Positions 1-8,139 of a DNA stretch of 31,970 nt are shown piece after piece (the first letter of the stretch is position 1; every line of letters starts with the position of its first letter). This DNA is from Woeseiaceae bacterium. Lineage in GTDB: Bacteria; Pseudomonadota; Gammaproteobacteria; Steroidobacterales; Woeseiaceae. Under the pieces are notes generated by a model. It did no database searches. It was not told the origin of the DNA and saw only the letters and a list, made by a program, of their open reading frames with translations. The stretch is from assembly GCA_036526055.1 (NCBI GenBank), contig DATCZF010000219.1:1-31970 (forward strand). The letters run 5' to 3'. The translations under genes and the position numbers were made by a program.

Positions 1-67
1 AAACGCCGAGCGGTAGTCTGGTTATGGCCTTCTTGAAATGAGCGTTCGACTTGCTAAGGTTTCGCAT
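1..67 (-). CDS. 5' end (partial, runs off window) of a probable class-III aminotransferase / glutamate-1-semialdehyde aminomutase-like protein
   Basis: Manual translation from ATG at 67: MRNLSKSNAHFKKAITRLPLGV. This resembles the S-x3-F-x2-A-x3-(L/I)P-x-GV N-terminus of GSA-aminomutase-like PLP enzymes. Only 22 codons are visible. Confidence 0.45.
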   Translation of the reverse strand, partial: MRNLSKSNAHFKKAITRLPLGV

Positions 68-91
68 AAATATCTCATGCAGTTTTACACA

Positions 92-121
92 TTGACAGGG
101 TCGCACGAAGCCTGTTAAAAG
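92..121 (+). promoter_or_regulatory. Candidate sigma70 promoter for the TetR gene
   Basis: Perfect TTGACA at 92-97. TG at 113-114 then TAAAAG at 116-121 (imperfect extended -10). Confidence 0.4.
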
Positions 122-131
122 TCCAGAAAAA

Positions 132-149
132 TGAATGATTATTCATTCA
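132..149. promoter_or_regulatory. Palindromic operator candidate TGAATGA-N4-TCATTCA
   Basis: Perfect 7-bp inverted repeat just downstream of the candidate promoter, between divergent genes, one of which is a TetR regulator. Confidence 0.6.
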
Positions 150-211
150 GTTTATGGCACACTGAAAGCTGTTTGAAACGATTGCCAAGGCTACCCGCCG
201 CGGAGAGACCA

Positions 212-868
212 ATGCCACAATCATCGGTAAAGCTTGCCAGGAGCCGGCGAACGGCGTCGCGCGAGGAGCGACGGCGGCAATTAATCAAGGCCACGATGAA
301 ATGCATCGCCAAGCGCGGCATAGGCAGCACCACGCTCGCACATGTCGCTGCAGAGGCGGGGTTGTCGCAGGGAATTGTCAACCTGCATTTCAACAGCAAG
401 GAAAACCTGCTGAATGAAACTCTGCGATCGCTGGCTGAAGAATACCGGCAGCAGTTTTACTCCACGCTCGAGGCATCCGGCCCCGGCGCCGCAGACAAGT
501 TACTGGCGCTGATGGAGATGGATCTGAAACCGTCGGTCTGCGATCGCCAGAAGCTGGCGGTGTGGTTCGCGTTCTGGGGCGAGGTAAAGGCGATTCCAAC
601 GTATCGCAAGATTTGCAACTACAACGACCAGGCCTACGACCGGGAGGTCAGCCAGCTCTGCGAAACGATCATCGCCGAGGGGCCTTATGCTGATGTCGAT
701 CCGGATACCGTTACCGAAGCGCTGGCCTCGTTGACCAATGGCCTGTGGTTATCCTGCCTGATCGCACCGCGACGCTGGGATCGGTCGGTGGGCATGGCGG
801 CAGTGCAATCCTATTTGCAGGCGGTATTTCCCAAACACTACAAGAACAAGCTGCGGCGCACTGCCTGA
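212..868 (+). CDS. TetR-family transcriptional regulator, BetI-like
   Basis: HTH TTLAHVAAEAGLSQGIVNLHFNSKENLL and BetI-like C-terminus (WFAFWGE ... GLWL). Start moved from 131 to ATG 212, which has GGAGA at 202-206. Confidence 0.88.
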   Translation: MPQSSVKLARSRRTASREERRRQLIKATMKCIAKRGIGSTTLAHVAAEAGLSQGIVNLHFNSKENLLNETLRSLAEEYRQQFYSTLEASGPGAADKLLALMEMDLKPSVCDRQKLAVWFAFWGEVKAIPTYRKICNYNDQAYDREVSQLCETIIAEGPYADVDPDTVTEALASLTNGLWLSCLIAPRRWDRSVGMAAVQSYLQAVFPKHYKNKLRRTA

Positions 869-898
869 CAGTGCGTGGGTCTGCTATGGAGACGAAAA

Positions 899-2059
899 GT
901 GAAACTTGATCTGAGCCAGGAAGCACGAGAGTGGCAACTGAAGGCACGCACCTTTGCCGATGAATCGCTGAAACCCTATGAGGTGGAGGCGGAACTCAAC
1001 GCGGGCGAATTGCCGCCCGGAGTGGCGAAAAGCCAGAAAAAAGAAGCGGTGAAACTGGGATTCAGCTCAATGGACGTTCCCAAACGCTATGGCGGGCTGG
1101 AAGTTTCGATCGAAGCCCAGGTTGCCGCCTGGGAACAGCTGGGTCGAATAACCAACGGCATGTCCTGGTGTTTTGCCGAACCGCAGAGCTGGATGTTCGA
1201 GGCCTGCAGCGAGGCGCAAATCGAAAAATACCTGCTGCCGCTGATGCGTGGCGAAAAACATGATTGTTACGCAATTACGGAAGCCGGTCCCGGTTCCGAT
1301 GTCTCTGCTCTTGAGGCGACTGCCCATCACTGCGACGACGGCTATCGCCTCAACGGGGAAAAATGGTTTGTCACCAGCGCCAACCTCGCGCAATTCTTCT
1401 GGTTCCAGGCCGGATTGCCGGAAGAAGATGACGAGGCGCTGTTCTTCGTCGACCAGGGAACACCGGGCATCGACATGATCGCATCGCCTGCTTTCAGCCA
1501 TACCTATGCGGCGCACCACCCGACATACCGCTTTGCCGACGTCGTCATACCGGCGGAAAACCGGGTGGGCAGGCCGGGTGACGGCATGGCCTATACCCGT
1601 AGCTGGTTTCGGCGCGAACGCCTGATGATTGCGGCGCGCTGTTGTGGCGCCGCGGCGCGGCTGATCGAGGAAGCTTCGGAGTTCGCCAGCAACCGGCGGG
1701 TTGGTGACGGAGTCCTGAGCGACAAGCAGGCCATTCAGTTCATGCTGGCCGACAGCGTGACCGAACTTTGGGCAGCGAGGCTGATGACCTTTAACGCAGC
1801 GCGTGCCCATGACGAGGGCGAAGACGTCAAAAAACTGCATCATCGCTGCTCGATGGTGAAGTTGTATGCCTCGGAAATGGCGAACCGGGTTGACGACCGG
1901 GCCGTGCAGATATTCGGCGGCCGCGGCTACATGCGCGAAAACGTGGCGGAGCGCTTTTACCGTGAGGTGCGCGTCGACCGCATCTGGGAGGGCACCAGCG
2001 AAATTCAGCGGCTGGTCATCGCGCGCGGCTTGCTGAAGCACGGCCTCGACAAGATCTGA
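899..2059 (+). CDS. Acyl-CoA dehydrogenase family protein
   Basis: YAITEAGPGSD, LNGEKWFVT, AVQIFGGRGY, and IWEGTSEIQR (catalytic Glu). GTG start at 899 with GGAG at 888-891. Confidence 0.93.
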   Translation: MKLDLSQEAREWQLKARTFADESLKPYEVEAELNAGELPPGVAKSQKKEAVKLGFSSMDVPKRYGGLEVSIEAQVAAWEQLGRITNGMSWCFAEPQSWMFEACSEAQIEKYLLPLMRGEKHDCYAITEAGPGSDVSALEATAHHCDDGYRLNGEKWFVTSANLAQFFWFQAGLPEEDDEALFFVDQGTPGIDMIASPAFSHTYAAHHPTYRFADVVIPAENRVGRPGDGMAYTRSWFRRERLMIAARCCGAAARLIEEASEFASNRRVGDGVLSDKQAIQFMLADSVTELWAARLMTFNAARAHDEGEDVKKLHHRCSMVKLYASEMANRVDDRAVQIFGGRGYMRENVAERFYREVRVDRIWEGTSEIQRLVIARGLLKHGLDKI

Positions 2060-2091
2060 GGGGGAGCCATCGACCGCGTGGCGGCACGCCG

Positions 2092-2733
2092 TCAGGTTGC
2101 CGGTGCGTCGTTCTGCTGGTCAGGATGCGCCGCGCGAAAGGCTTGCAGCGACGTGCAGTGCGCATCGATCGCCGTGATCGTCGGGTAGGCCTGCAGATCG
2201 AGCCCGAAGCGCCGCGCATTGTAGGCCTGCGGTATCAACCAGGCATCGGCAAGCGTCAGTCCCCCGTCGCAGCAGAAACGTCCGTCGGAACGGCTTGCCA
2301 GGAGTGACTCCAGCGCCGCAAAGCCCTGGGCAATCCAGTGGCGGCACCAATGCGCCACACCTTCGTCATCCTGGGCAAACTCGCTCTGCAGGTATCGCAG
2401 GATTCGCAGGTTCTGTATCGGGTGTATGTCGCTGCCGATAATGCCGAGGATTTCTCGAACGCGGGCGCGGGCGGCAGCGTCACCGCCCAGCAGCGCAGGA
2501 GCGGGATGCGTCTCTTCAAGGTACTCGGCAATCGCCGCAGACTGTGCGATCACCGTATCACCATCCTCAAGGACAGGCACAAACCCCTGTGGATTGATTT
2601 TGCGAAAGTCCGCTTCGCGATGCTCGCCGGTATTAAGAAGGACCGGGACCGACTCGAACGGAATCTGCTTGGCATGCAGGACGATCCTGATGCGGTATGA
2701 AGCACTGCTGCGATAGTAGCCGTAAAGTCTCAT
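2092..2733 (-). CDS. maiA: Maleylacetoacetate isomerase (zeta-class glutathione S-transferase)
   Basis: RLYGYYRSSASYRIRI, NPQGFVPVL, QSAAIAEYLEE, DIHPIQNLRIL, AAHPDQQNDA. Confidence 0.9.
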   Translation of the reverse strand: MRLYGYYRSSASYRIRIVLHAKQIPFESVPVLLNTGEHREADFRKINPQGFVPVLEDGDTVIAQSAAIAEYLEETHPAPALLGGDAAARARVREILGIIGSDIHPIQNLRILRYLQSEFAQDDEGVAHWCRHWIAQGFAALESLLASRSDGRFCCDGGLTLADAWLIPQAYNARRFGLDLQAYPTITAIDAHCTSLQAFRAAHPDQQNDAPAT

Positions 2734-2777
2734 TGGCGGTCTCCATGGCTCGGCCGCAGCACGGGCCGGCGAGCAGG

Positions 2778-3356
2778 TCAGACGATGTCAGCCTGGCGCT
2801 TTGCCGGGTCAATGTGTTTGGGCGGTACGTAATCAAAAATAAACGTGACCCGGTCTTCCTTGCCGCGGTTCATCACGCTGTGTGTCTTCTGATTATTGAT
2901 TTCGTAACCCTTGCCGATTTCGAACTGGTACGGTCTGCCGTCGATCATGAAGCGGACCCCGGCGTTCGTCGTGATCGGTATATGAATTCGGTGGCCGAAG
3001 CGAAACGACTGGTGCGCGTCGAAATGGGGCGTGATTCGTCCCCCGGCAACGAGCTTGGCGGCCATCGCGCGAATGATCGTGCCGCCGGGCGGATAATGTT
3101 CCTCGATGATTTTGCGCATCAGTGGGAGTGCCGGCCCGGCCAGCTTGTCCCAGCCCGCTTCCTTGCTGATGCTCATCTGTGGCCAGTCTCCATCGCAAAA
3201 AATCATCACGATGGACTGCGTGTCGTTGTGCACGTCGTAGGCCTGCTGTCGGTACTGGTTTTCATGCCACGCCGAATCATCCTGCTGCAGGATAACGTCC
3301 CGCAGCTCTGCCATATCCACGTCACCCAGTTCCCTCAGCGGAATACCAATGTCCAT
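2778..3356 (-). CDS. Aspartyl/asparaginyl beta-hydroxylase-family Fe(II)/2-oxoglutarate oxygenase (small stand-alone form)
   Basis: KLVAGGRITPHFD (HxD), HRIHIPITTN, EINNQKTHSVMN (distal His), DRVTFIFD. ATG 3356 preferred; GTG 3368 is the alternative. Confidence 0.8.
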   Translation of the reverse strand: MDIGIPLRELGDVDMAELRDVILQQDDSAWHENQYRQQAYDVHNDTQSIVMIFCDGDWPQMSISKEAGWDKLAGPALPLMRKIIEEHYPPGGTIIRAMAAKLVAGGRITPHFDAHQSFRFGHRIHIPITTNAGVRFMIDGRPYQFEIGKGYEINNQKTHSVMNRGKEDRVTFIFDYVPPKHIDPAKRQADIV

Positions 3357-3519
3357 CAGCGATCTCACCCCGCGGCCCGTAAAGCCTGAAAAATACCCTA
3401 TTCAATGCCAGGGTTGAATAGCAACCATCATTGTACCTGCGCCGGGTAGAGACTCCCGACGAAGCGGTATGCTAGCATAGCGCCGCAAAATCAGGAGGTG
3501 TAGGCCCCTTTGGCCGCAT

Positions 3520-4278
3520 ATGAGTACAAAACCCGTAATTGGCCTGCCCGCAGACCGCAGAGTGCTCGAACCGCATCCGTTTCACCTAGTCGGGGAAAAA
3601 TACATCACCGCGTTGCAGGATGGCGCGGATGGCATGCCGTTTGTCATTCCGGCACTGGGAAACCGGCTGGATCTCGACAGGATCCTGGCCAACATTGATG
3701 GCGTGCTGCTGACCGGCAGCCCGTCCAATGTGGAGCCCCATCATTATGGTGGCGAAGCCAGTCGCCCCGGTACCATGCATGACGCGGAGCGGGACGCCAC
3801 GACCCTGCCTTTGATTGAAAAAGCGCTGGCGCAGGCAGTTCCCGTGCTGGCGATTTGCCGCGGCTTCCAGGAAATGAACATTGTCCTGGGCGGCAGTCTG
3901 CACCAGGAGGTGCATAATGTTCCGGGCTTCCACAATCACAAGGAAGATTCGACGGACCCGCTGGAAGTGCAGTACGGTCCGTCCCATGCGGTCAACCTTG
4001 TCGAAGGCGGTCTGCTGAGAACACTGGCCGGGGCCGAATCGGTCCTGGTCAATTCGCTGCATGCGCAGGGGGTCAAGCGGCTGGCAAGCGGAGTTACCGT
4101 GGAAGCGGTGGCCGATGACGGGTTAATAGAAGGATTTCGTGTTGATGATGCACCGGGGTTCGCCCTGGCAGTGCAGTGGCATCCGGAGTGGCGGGTGACC
4201 GAAAATCAATTTTCATTAGCAATTTTCAAGGCGTTCGGCGATGCGTGCAGAGAGCGTGCTGACCGGCGGCAGGTGTAA
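3520..4278 (+). CDS. puuD: Gamma-glutamyl-gamma-aminobutyrate hydrolase (peptidase C26 / class I glutamine amidotransferase)
   Basis: DGVLLTGSPSNVEPHHYG, LAICRGFQEMN (Cys nucleophile), VNSLHAQG, AVQWHPEW (His-Glu). Confidence 0.93.
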   Translation: MSTKPVIGLPADRRVLEPHPFHLVGEKYITALQDGADGMPFVIPALGNRLDLDRILANIDGVLLTGSPSNVEPHHYGGEASRPGTMHDAERDATTLPLIEKALAQAVPVLAICRGFQEMNIVLGGSLHQEVHNVPGFHNHKEDSTDPLEVQYGPSHAVNLVEGGLLRTLAGAESVLVNSLHAQGVKRLASGVTVEAVADDGLIEGFRVDDAPGFALAVQWHPEWRVTENQFSLAIFKAFGDACRERADRRQV

Positions 4279-4279
4279 C

Positions 4280-5614
4280 GTGAGTGATAAGGAAAAATTC
4301 CAACGATGGTTTAAAGAGCATCGCATAGAAGACGTCGAGGCATTCGTGCCTGACATGGCGGGAGCGGCGCGTGGCAAGGTCATACCGGCTGACAAATTTG
4401 GTTCGGGTGACATGAAGCTGCCGGAAACCGTATTCGCACAGACCGTCTCGGGCGAGTACATCCCGATGGAAGGGAATGTCGAGGACCGTGATATGTGGCT
4501 CGTGCCCGATCCCGACTCCATTCGCCCCGTACCGTGGGCAACCGATCCGTCGGCATCCGTATTCCTGGACTGTTTTCGCAAGGACGGGTCTCCTGTAGAC
4601 CTGTCACCACGCAACGTATTGCGTTGCGTGCTGGCACTGTATGAAGCAAAAGGCTGGCGCCCTGTCGTTGCGCCGGAAGTCGAGTTCTACCTGATCAATC
4701 CGCATTCGGATCCCAACCTGGATGTGGAGCCGCCGGAAGGACGGCTGGGCCGCACCGACATGTCGCGGCAGCCTTACAGCATCGACACGATGAACGATTT
4801 CGATCCGTTCATTAATGACGTTTACCGCTTTTGCGATGCGCAGGGCATTCCCATCGACACGCTGTCGCAGGAAATGGGTCCGGCACAATTCGAAATCAAT
4901 TTCCTGCACGGTGATGCGGTGACGCTGGCAGACCAGGTTTTCCTGTTCAAGCGCACCGTCAGGGAAGCGGCGATTCGCCACGAAATGCACGCCACGTTTC
5001 TTGCCAAGCCCATGGCGGGCGAGGCGGGCAGTGCGCTGCATATTCATCAGAGCATCGTCAGCACCAAGGATGGCAGCAATATCTTCTCGACCCCGGATGG
5101 CAAGCCGAGCAAGCTGTTCCTGAACTACATTGGCGGATTGCAGAAATACATTCCGGAAACGATGCTGATTTTCGCGCCTTACGTGAACTCGTACCGTCGC
5201 TTTTTCGATTCTTGGGCATCTCCGGTCAACCTGGCATGGGCGCTGGATAACCGGACCGTTGGCCTGCGCGTGCCAGAGTCCTCATCAGAGGCGCGCCGCG
5301 TGGAAAATCGCCTGCCCGGGGCGGACGTAAACCCCTACCTGGCGATTGCGGCAACCCTGGCGTGCGGCTACCTCGGCATGATGGAGGGGCTCGATGCCAG
5401 CGAACCCATCTCCGGCAGCGCCTATGACATTCCGTACTCGCTGCCGCGCCACATCTATTCGGCGATCGAGCAGATGGAACAGAGCACGGCGCTGCGGCAA
5501 ACGCTGGGTAAGCTGTTCGTCAATAATTATTGCGCATTGAAAAAAGCCGAATACCGCGAGTTCCAGGCGATCATTACGCCCTGGGAACGCGATATCCTGA
5601 TGTTCAACGTGTAA
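4280..5614 (+). CDS. puuA: Glutamine-synthetase-like gamma-glutamyl-polyamine ligase (PuuA/PauA/SpuB type)
   Basis: PDMAGAARGK, VVAPEVEFYL, EMGPAQFEINF, HATFLAKP, GSALHIHQS, RRVENRLPGADVNPYL. Immediately follows puuD. GTG start 4280. Confidence 0.85.
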   Translation: MSDKEKFQRWFKEHRIEDVEAFVPDMAGAARGKVIPADKFGSGDMKLPETVFAQTVSGEYIPMEGNVEDRDMWLVPDPDSIRPVPWATDPSASVFLDCFRKDGSPVDLSPRNVLRCVLALYEAKGWRPVVAPEVEFYLINPHSDPNLDVEPPEGRLGRTDMSRQPYSIDTMNDFDPFINDVYRFCDAQGIPIDTLSQEMGPAQFEINFLHGDAVTLADQVFLFKRTVREAAIRHEMHATFLAKPMAGEAGSALHIHQSIVSTKDGSNIFSTPDGKPSKLFLNYIGGLQKYIPETMLIFAPYVNSYRRFFDSWASPVNLAWALDNRTVGLRVPESSSEARRVENRLPGADVNPYLAIAATLACGYLGMMEGLDASEPISGSAYDIPYSLPRHIYSAIEQMEQSTALRQTLGKLFVNNYCALKKAEYREFQAIITPWERDILMFNV

Positions 5615-5789
5615 CCTGATGTAACCTGAACACGTACCTTGTAAAAAATCCGGGTGAATAACGCCCGGTTGATGATTTCAGCATGTGGTGCCCGCGGGAC
5701 TGGGGCACCCGGCTTGGCTATGATTATGGGAATGGTCTTTTGCGGGGGCTCCGCACGCATTCCCGGCATTTCACAGAAGGAATTTCTTG

Positions 5790-7160
5790 ATGGCAGCGAT
5801 TGAAAAGCGCTCAGGCGCCGAATGGCAGGAACTGGACAGCAAGCATTACATGCATCCTTTTACCGATCACAAGGACCTTGCCAGGCAAAAAAGTCGCATC
5901 ATTACGCGGGCTGAAGGCGTTTATATTTACGATGCGGACGGCAACAAGATTCTCGACGGCATGGCGGGACTCTGGTGCGTCAACGTGGGTTACGGCCGCG
6001 ATGAAATCGTCGATGCAGCGGAAAAACAAATGCGCGAACTGCCGTACTACAACAGTTTTTTCCAATGCGCGCATCCGCCATCCATCGAATTGTCGAAAGT
6101 GCTGACGGACGTGGCGCCACCGAGCTTTAACCACGTTTTCTACACGGGCTCGGGGTCGGAATCGAACGATACTATCGTGCGCATGGTGCGGCGTTACTGG
6201 GACCTCCTCGGTCAGCCGGAAAAGCAGGTCATCATCAGCCGCCACAACGCCTATCATGGATCGACGATGGCGGGTGCGAGCCTGGGCGGCATGAAGCCCA
6301 TGCATTCCCAGGGTGGTCTGCCTATTCCCGGCATTGTCCACATCGAGCAGCCGTATTATTTCGGCAGTGATCGCAGCCTGTCGCCCGAAGAGTTCGGCAT
6401 CGAGACCGCACGCAAGCTCGAGAAAAAAATCCAGGAAATCGGCGTTGACAAGGTCGCAGCGTTCATCGGCGAGCCCATCCAGGGCGCCGGCGGCGTCATC
6501 ATCCCGCCAAAGACCTACTGGCCCGAGATTCAGCGCATCTGTGACGAGTACGGCATCCTGTTGATCACGGATGAGGTGATTACCGGTTTCGGCCGCGTCG
6601 GGAAGTGGTTCGGCGCCGACTACTATGGTGTGAAGCCGGACCTGATGCCGTTTGCCAAGGGCGTAACCTCCGGGTATCTGCCACTCGGTGGAGTCATGGT
6701 CGGCGACCGCGTTGCCAGTGTCATCATCGACAAGGGCGGGGAATTTTTCCACGGCTACACCTATTCGGGACATCCCGCGGCCTGCGCTGTCGCGATTGCC
6801 AACCTGCAAATCACCAGGCGTGAAGGTCTGGTTGAGCGAGTTCGGGACGATATCGGTCCTTACCTGCAGGCCAGGTGGGCGGAGCTCGGCGAGCATCCGC
6901 TGATCGGCGAGGCGCGCATGGTCGGCCTGATGGGAGCAATGGAAATCGTGGCGAACAAGGCAACCTGTGAACGCTTCGCGGAGAATCAGGGTGTTGGCAC
7001 TATCTGCCGCAACCTTTCAGTGGCCAACGGCCTGGTGATGCGTGCAGTCGGTGACACGATGGTCGTTGCGCCGCCGTTGGTCATCAGCCATGCCGAGGTC
7101 GATGAGCTGGTCGAAAAAGCCAGGAAGACCCTCGACATGACACTGGATGCCGTCAAGTAA
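5790..7160 (+). CDS. spuC: Putrescine-pyruvate aminotransferase (class III PLP enzyme)
   Basis: HYMHPFTD, LDGMAGLWCVNVGYGR, SGSESNDT, AYHGST, AFIGEPIQGAGGVIIPP, DEVITGFGR, FAKGVTSGYLP, HGYTYSGHP. AAGGA SD at 5777-5781. Confidence 0.88.
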   Translation: MAAIEKRSGAEWQELDSKHYMHPFTDHKDLARQKSRIITRAEGVYIYDADGNKILDGMAGLWCVNVGYGRDEIVDAAEKQMRELPYYNSFFQCAHPPSIELSKVLTDVAPPSFNHVFYTGSGSESNDTIVRMVRRYWDLLGQPEKQVIISRHNAYHGSTMAGASLGGMKPMHSQGGLPIPGIVHIEQPYYFGSDRSLSPEEFGIETARKLEKKIQEIGVDKVAAFIGEPIQGAGGVIIPPKTYWPEIQRICDEYGILLITDEVITGFGRVGKWFGADYYGVKPDLMPFAKGVTSGYLPLGGVMVGDRVASVIIDKGGEFFHGYTYSGHPAACAVAIANLQITRREGLVERVRDDIGPYLQARWAELGEHPLIGEARMVGLMGAMEIVANKATCERFAENQGVGTICRNLSVANGLVMRAVGDTMVVAPPLVISHAEVDELVEKARKTLDMTLDAVK

Positions 7161-7184
7161 GCAGGCCGCAGACAGGGGGTTGGA

Positions 7185-8135
7185 ATGACGCAGAAAACTG
7201 TCGGGGATCTCGCATTTACGCGAGATAGCGTATACGGAACGCAACCGGAGCCGACCTATGCCGGCGCCTTGTCGTTCATGCGGCGCAAATACACGCGCGA
7301 CCTGAGCGGCATCGACCTCGCCGTGATGGGCGTTCCCTTCGACACTGCCACCACCAACCGGCCCGGCAGCCGCTTCGGACCGCGGGCAATTCGCGCCGCA
7401 TCGATCATCATGGCCTGGGCGCCTCCTTATGGCGTGGGTTTCGATCCCTTCGACAAGCTGGCCGTCGTCGATTATGGCGATTGCCTGTTCGATCACGGAC
7501 GACCGGACCAGGTACCCGCGGCAATCGAGAACTACGCGTTTGCGGCCATCGACCAGGGCCCGGCATTGCTGACACTTGGCGGCGACCATTTCATTTCCTA
7601 TCCGTTGCTGAAGGCCCATGCCCGCAAACATGGCGCGCCGCTGTCGCTGGTGCATTTCGATGCGCACAGCGATACCTGGAAGGACGAAGAGGGGCGCATC
7701 GACCATGGCACCATGTTCTACCACGCGGCGCAGGAGGGCATCATCGATCCGGCGTCGTCAATCCAGGTAGGTTTGCGAACGCATAACGACGACACGCACG
7801 GGTTCAATATTTGCGATGCGCCCTGGGTGCACAAGCATGGCATCGAGGCCACCGTGCAAGCGATTCGCGACTGCGTGGCCGACCGACCGGTGTACCTGAC
7901 CTTCGATATCGATTGTCTCGATCCCAGCTACGCGCCGGGGACCGGCACCCCCGTCTGTGGCGGCCTGACCTCTCACCAGGCCATGGCAATTCTTCGCGGG
8001 CTGGCCGGTATCAACGTCGTCGGCATGGACGTCGTTGAAGTGGCGCCGGCTTACGACGTTGGTGAAATCACGGCACTGGCCGGGGCACACCTCGCCATGG
8101 AAATGATTTGCCTGTATGCCCGCCGGCCGGGCTAG
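7185..8135 (+). CDS. speB: Agmatinase (ureohydrolase family)
   Basis: RPGSRFGPRAIR, LGGDHFIS, HFDAHSDT, TFDIDCLDP, PGTGTP. All metal ligands are present. Confidence 0.88.
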   Translation: MTQKTVGDLAFTRDSVYGTQPEPTYAGALSFMRRKYTRDLSGIDLAVMGVPFDTATTNRPGSRFGPRAIRAASIIMAWAPPYGVGFDPFDKLAVVDYGDCLFDHGRPDQVPAAIENYAFAAIDQGPALLTLGGDHFISYPLLKAHARKHGAPLSLVHFDAHSDTWKDEEGRIDHGTMFYHAAQEGIIDPASSIQVGLRTHNDDTHGFNICDAPWVHKHGIEATVQAIRDCVADRPVYLTFDIDCLDPSYAPGTGTPVCGGLTSHQAMAILRGLAGINVVGMDVVEVAPAYDVGEITALAGAHLAMEMICLYARRPG

Positions 8136-8139
8136 GGCG

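Noticed and set aside
155-170. Sigma54 promoter TGGCAC-N-GC upstream of the TetR
   Set aside because: GG-N10-GC spacing is right, but the -12 element is AAGCT rather than TTGC(A/T), and a sigma70 -35 plus operator explains the region.
1067-2041. 324-codon minus-strand ORF, and similar long overlapping ORFs (e.g. 5811-6896, 10845-11636, 23107-23892, 7017-7724)
   Set aside because: All lie opposite well-supported genes and lack motifs, so they are treated as shadow frames.
3510-3698. 62-codon out-of-frame ORF as an antizyme-like +1 frameshift leader of puuD
   Set aside because: There is no stop codon or slippery site near the puuD start where a shift would be needed. It is kept only as a possible competing initiation site.
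7185-8135. Guanidine hydrolase or other non-agmatine ureohydrolase
   Set aside because: Motifs are the standard agmatinase set, the context is putrescine catabolism, and no guanidine riboswitch is visible. Exact substrate still needs an assay.
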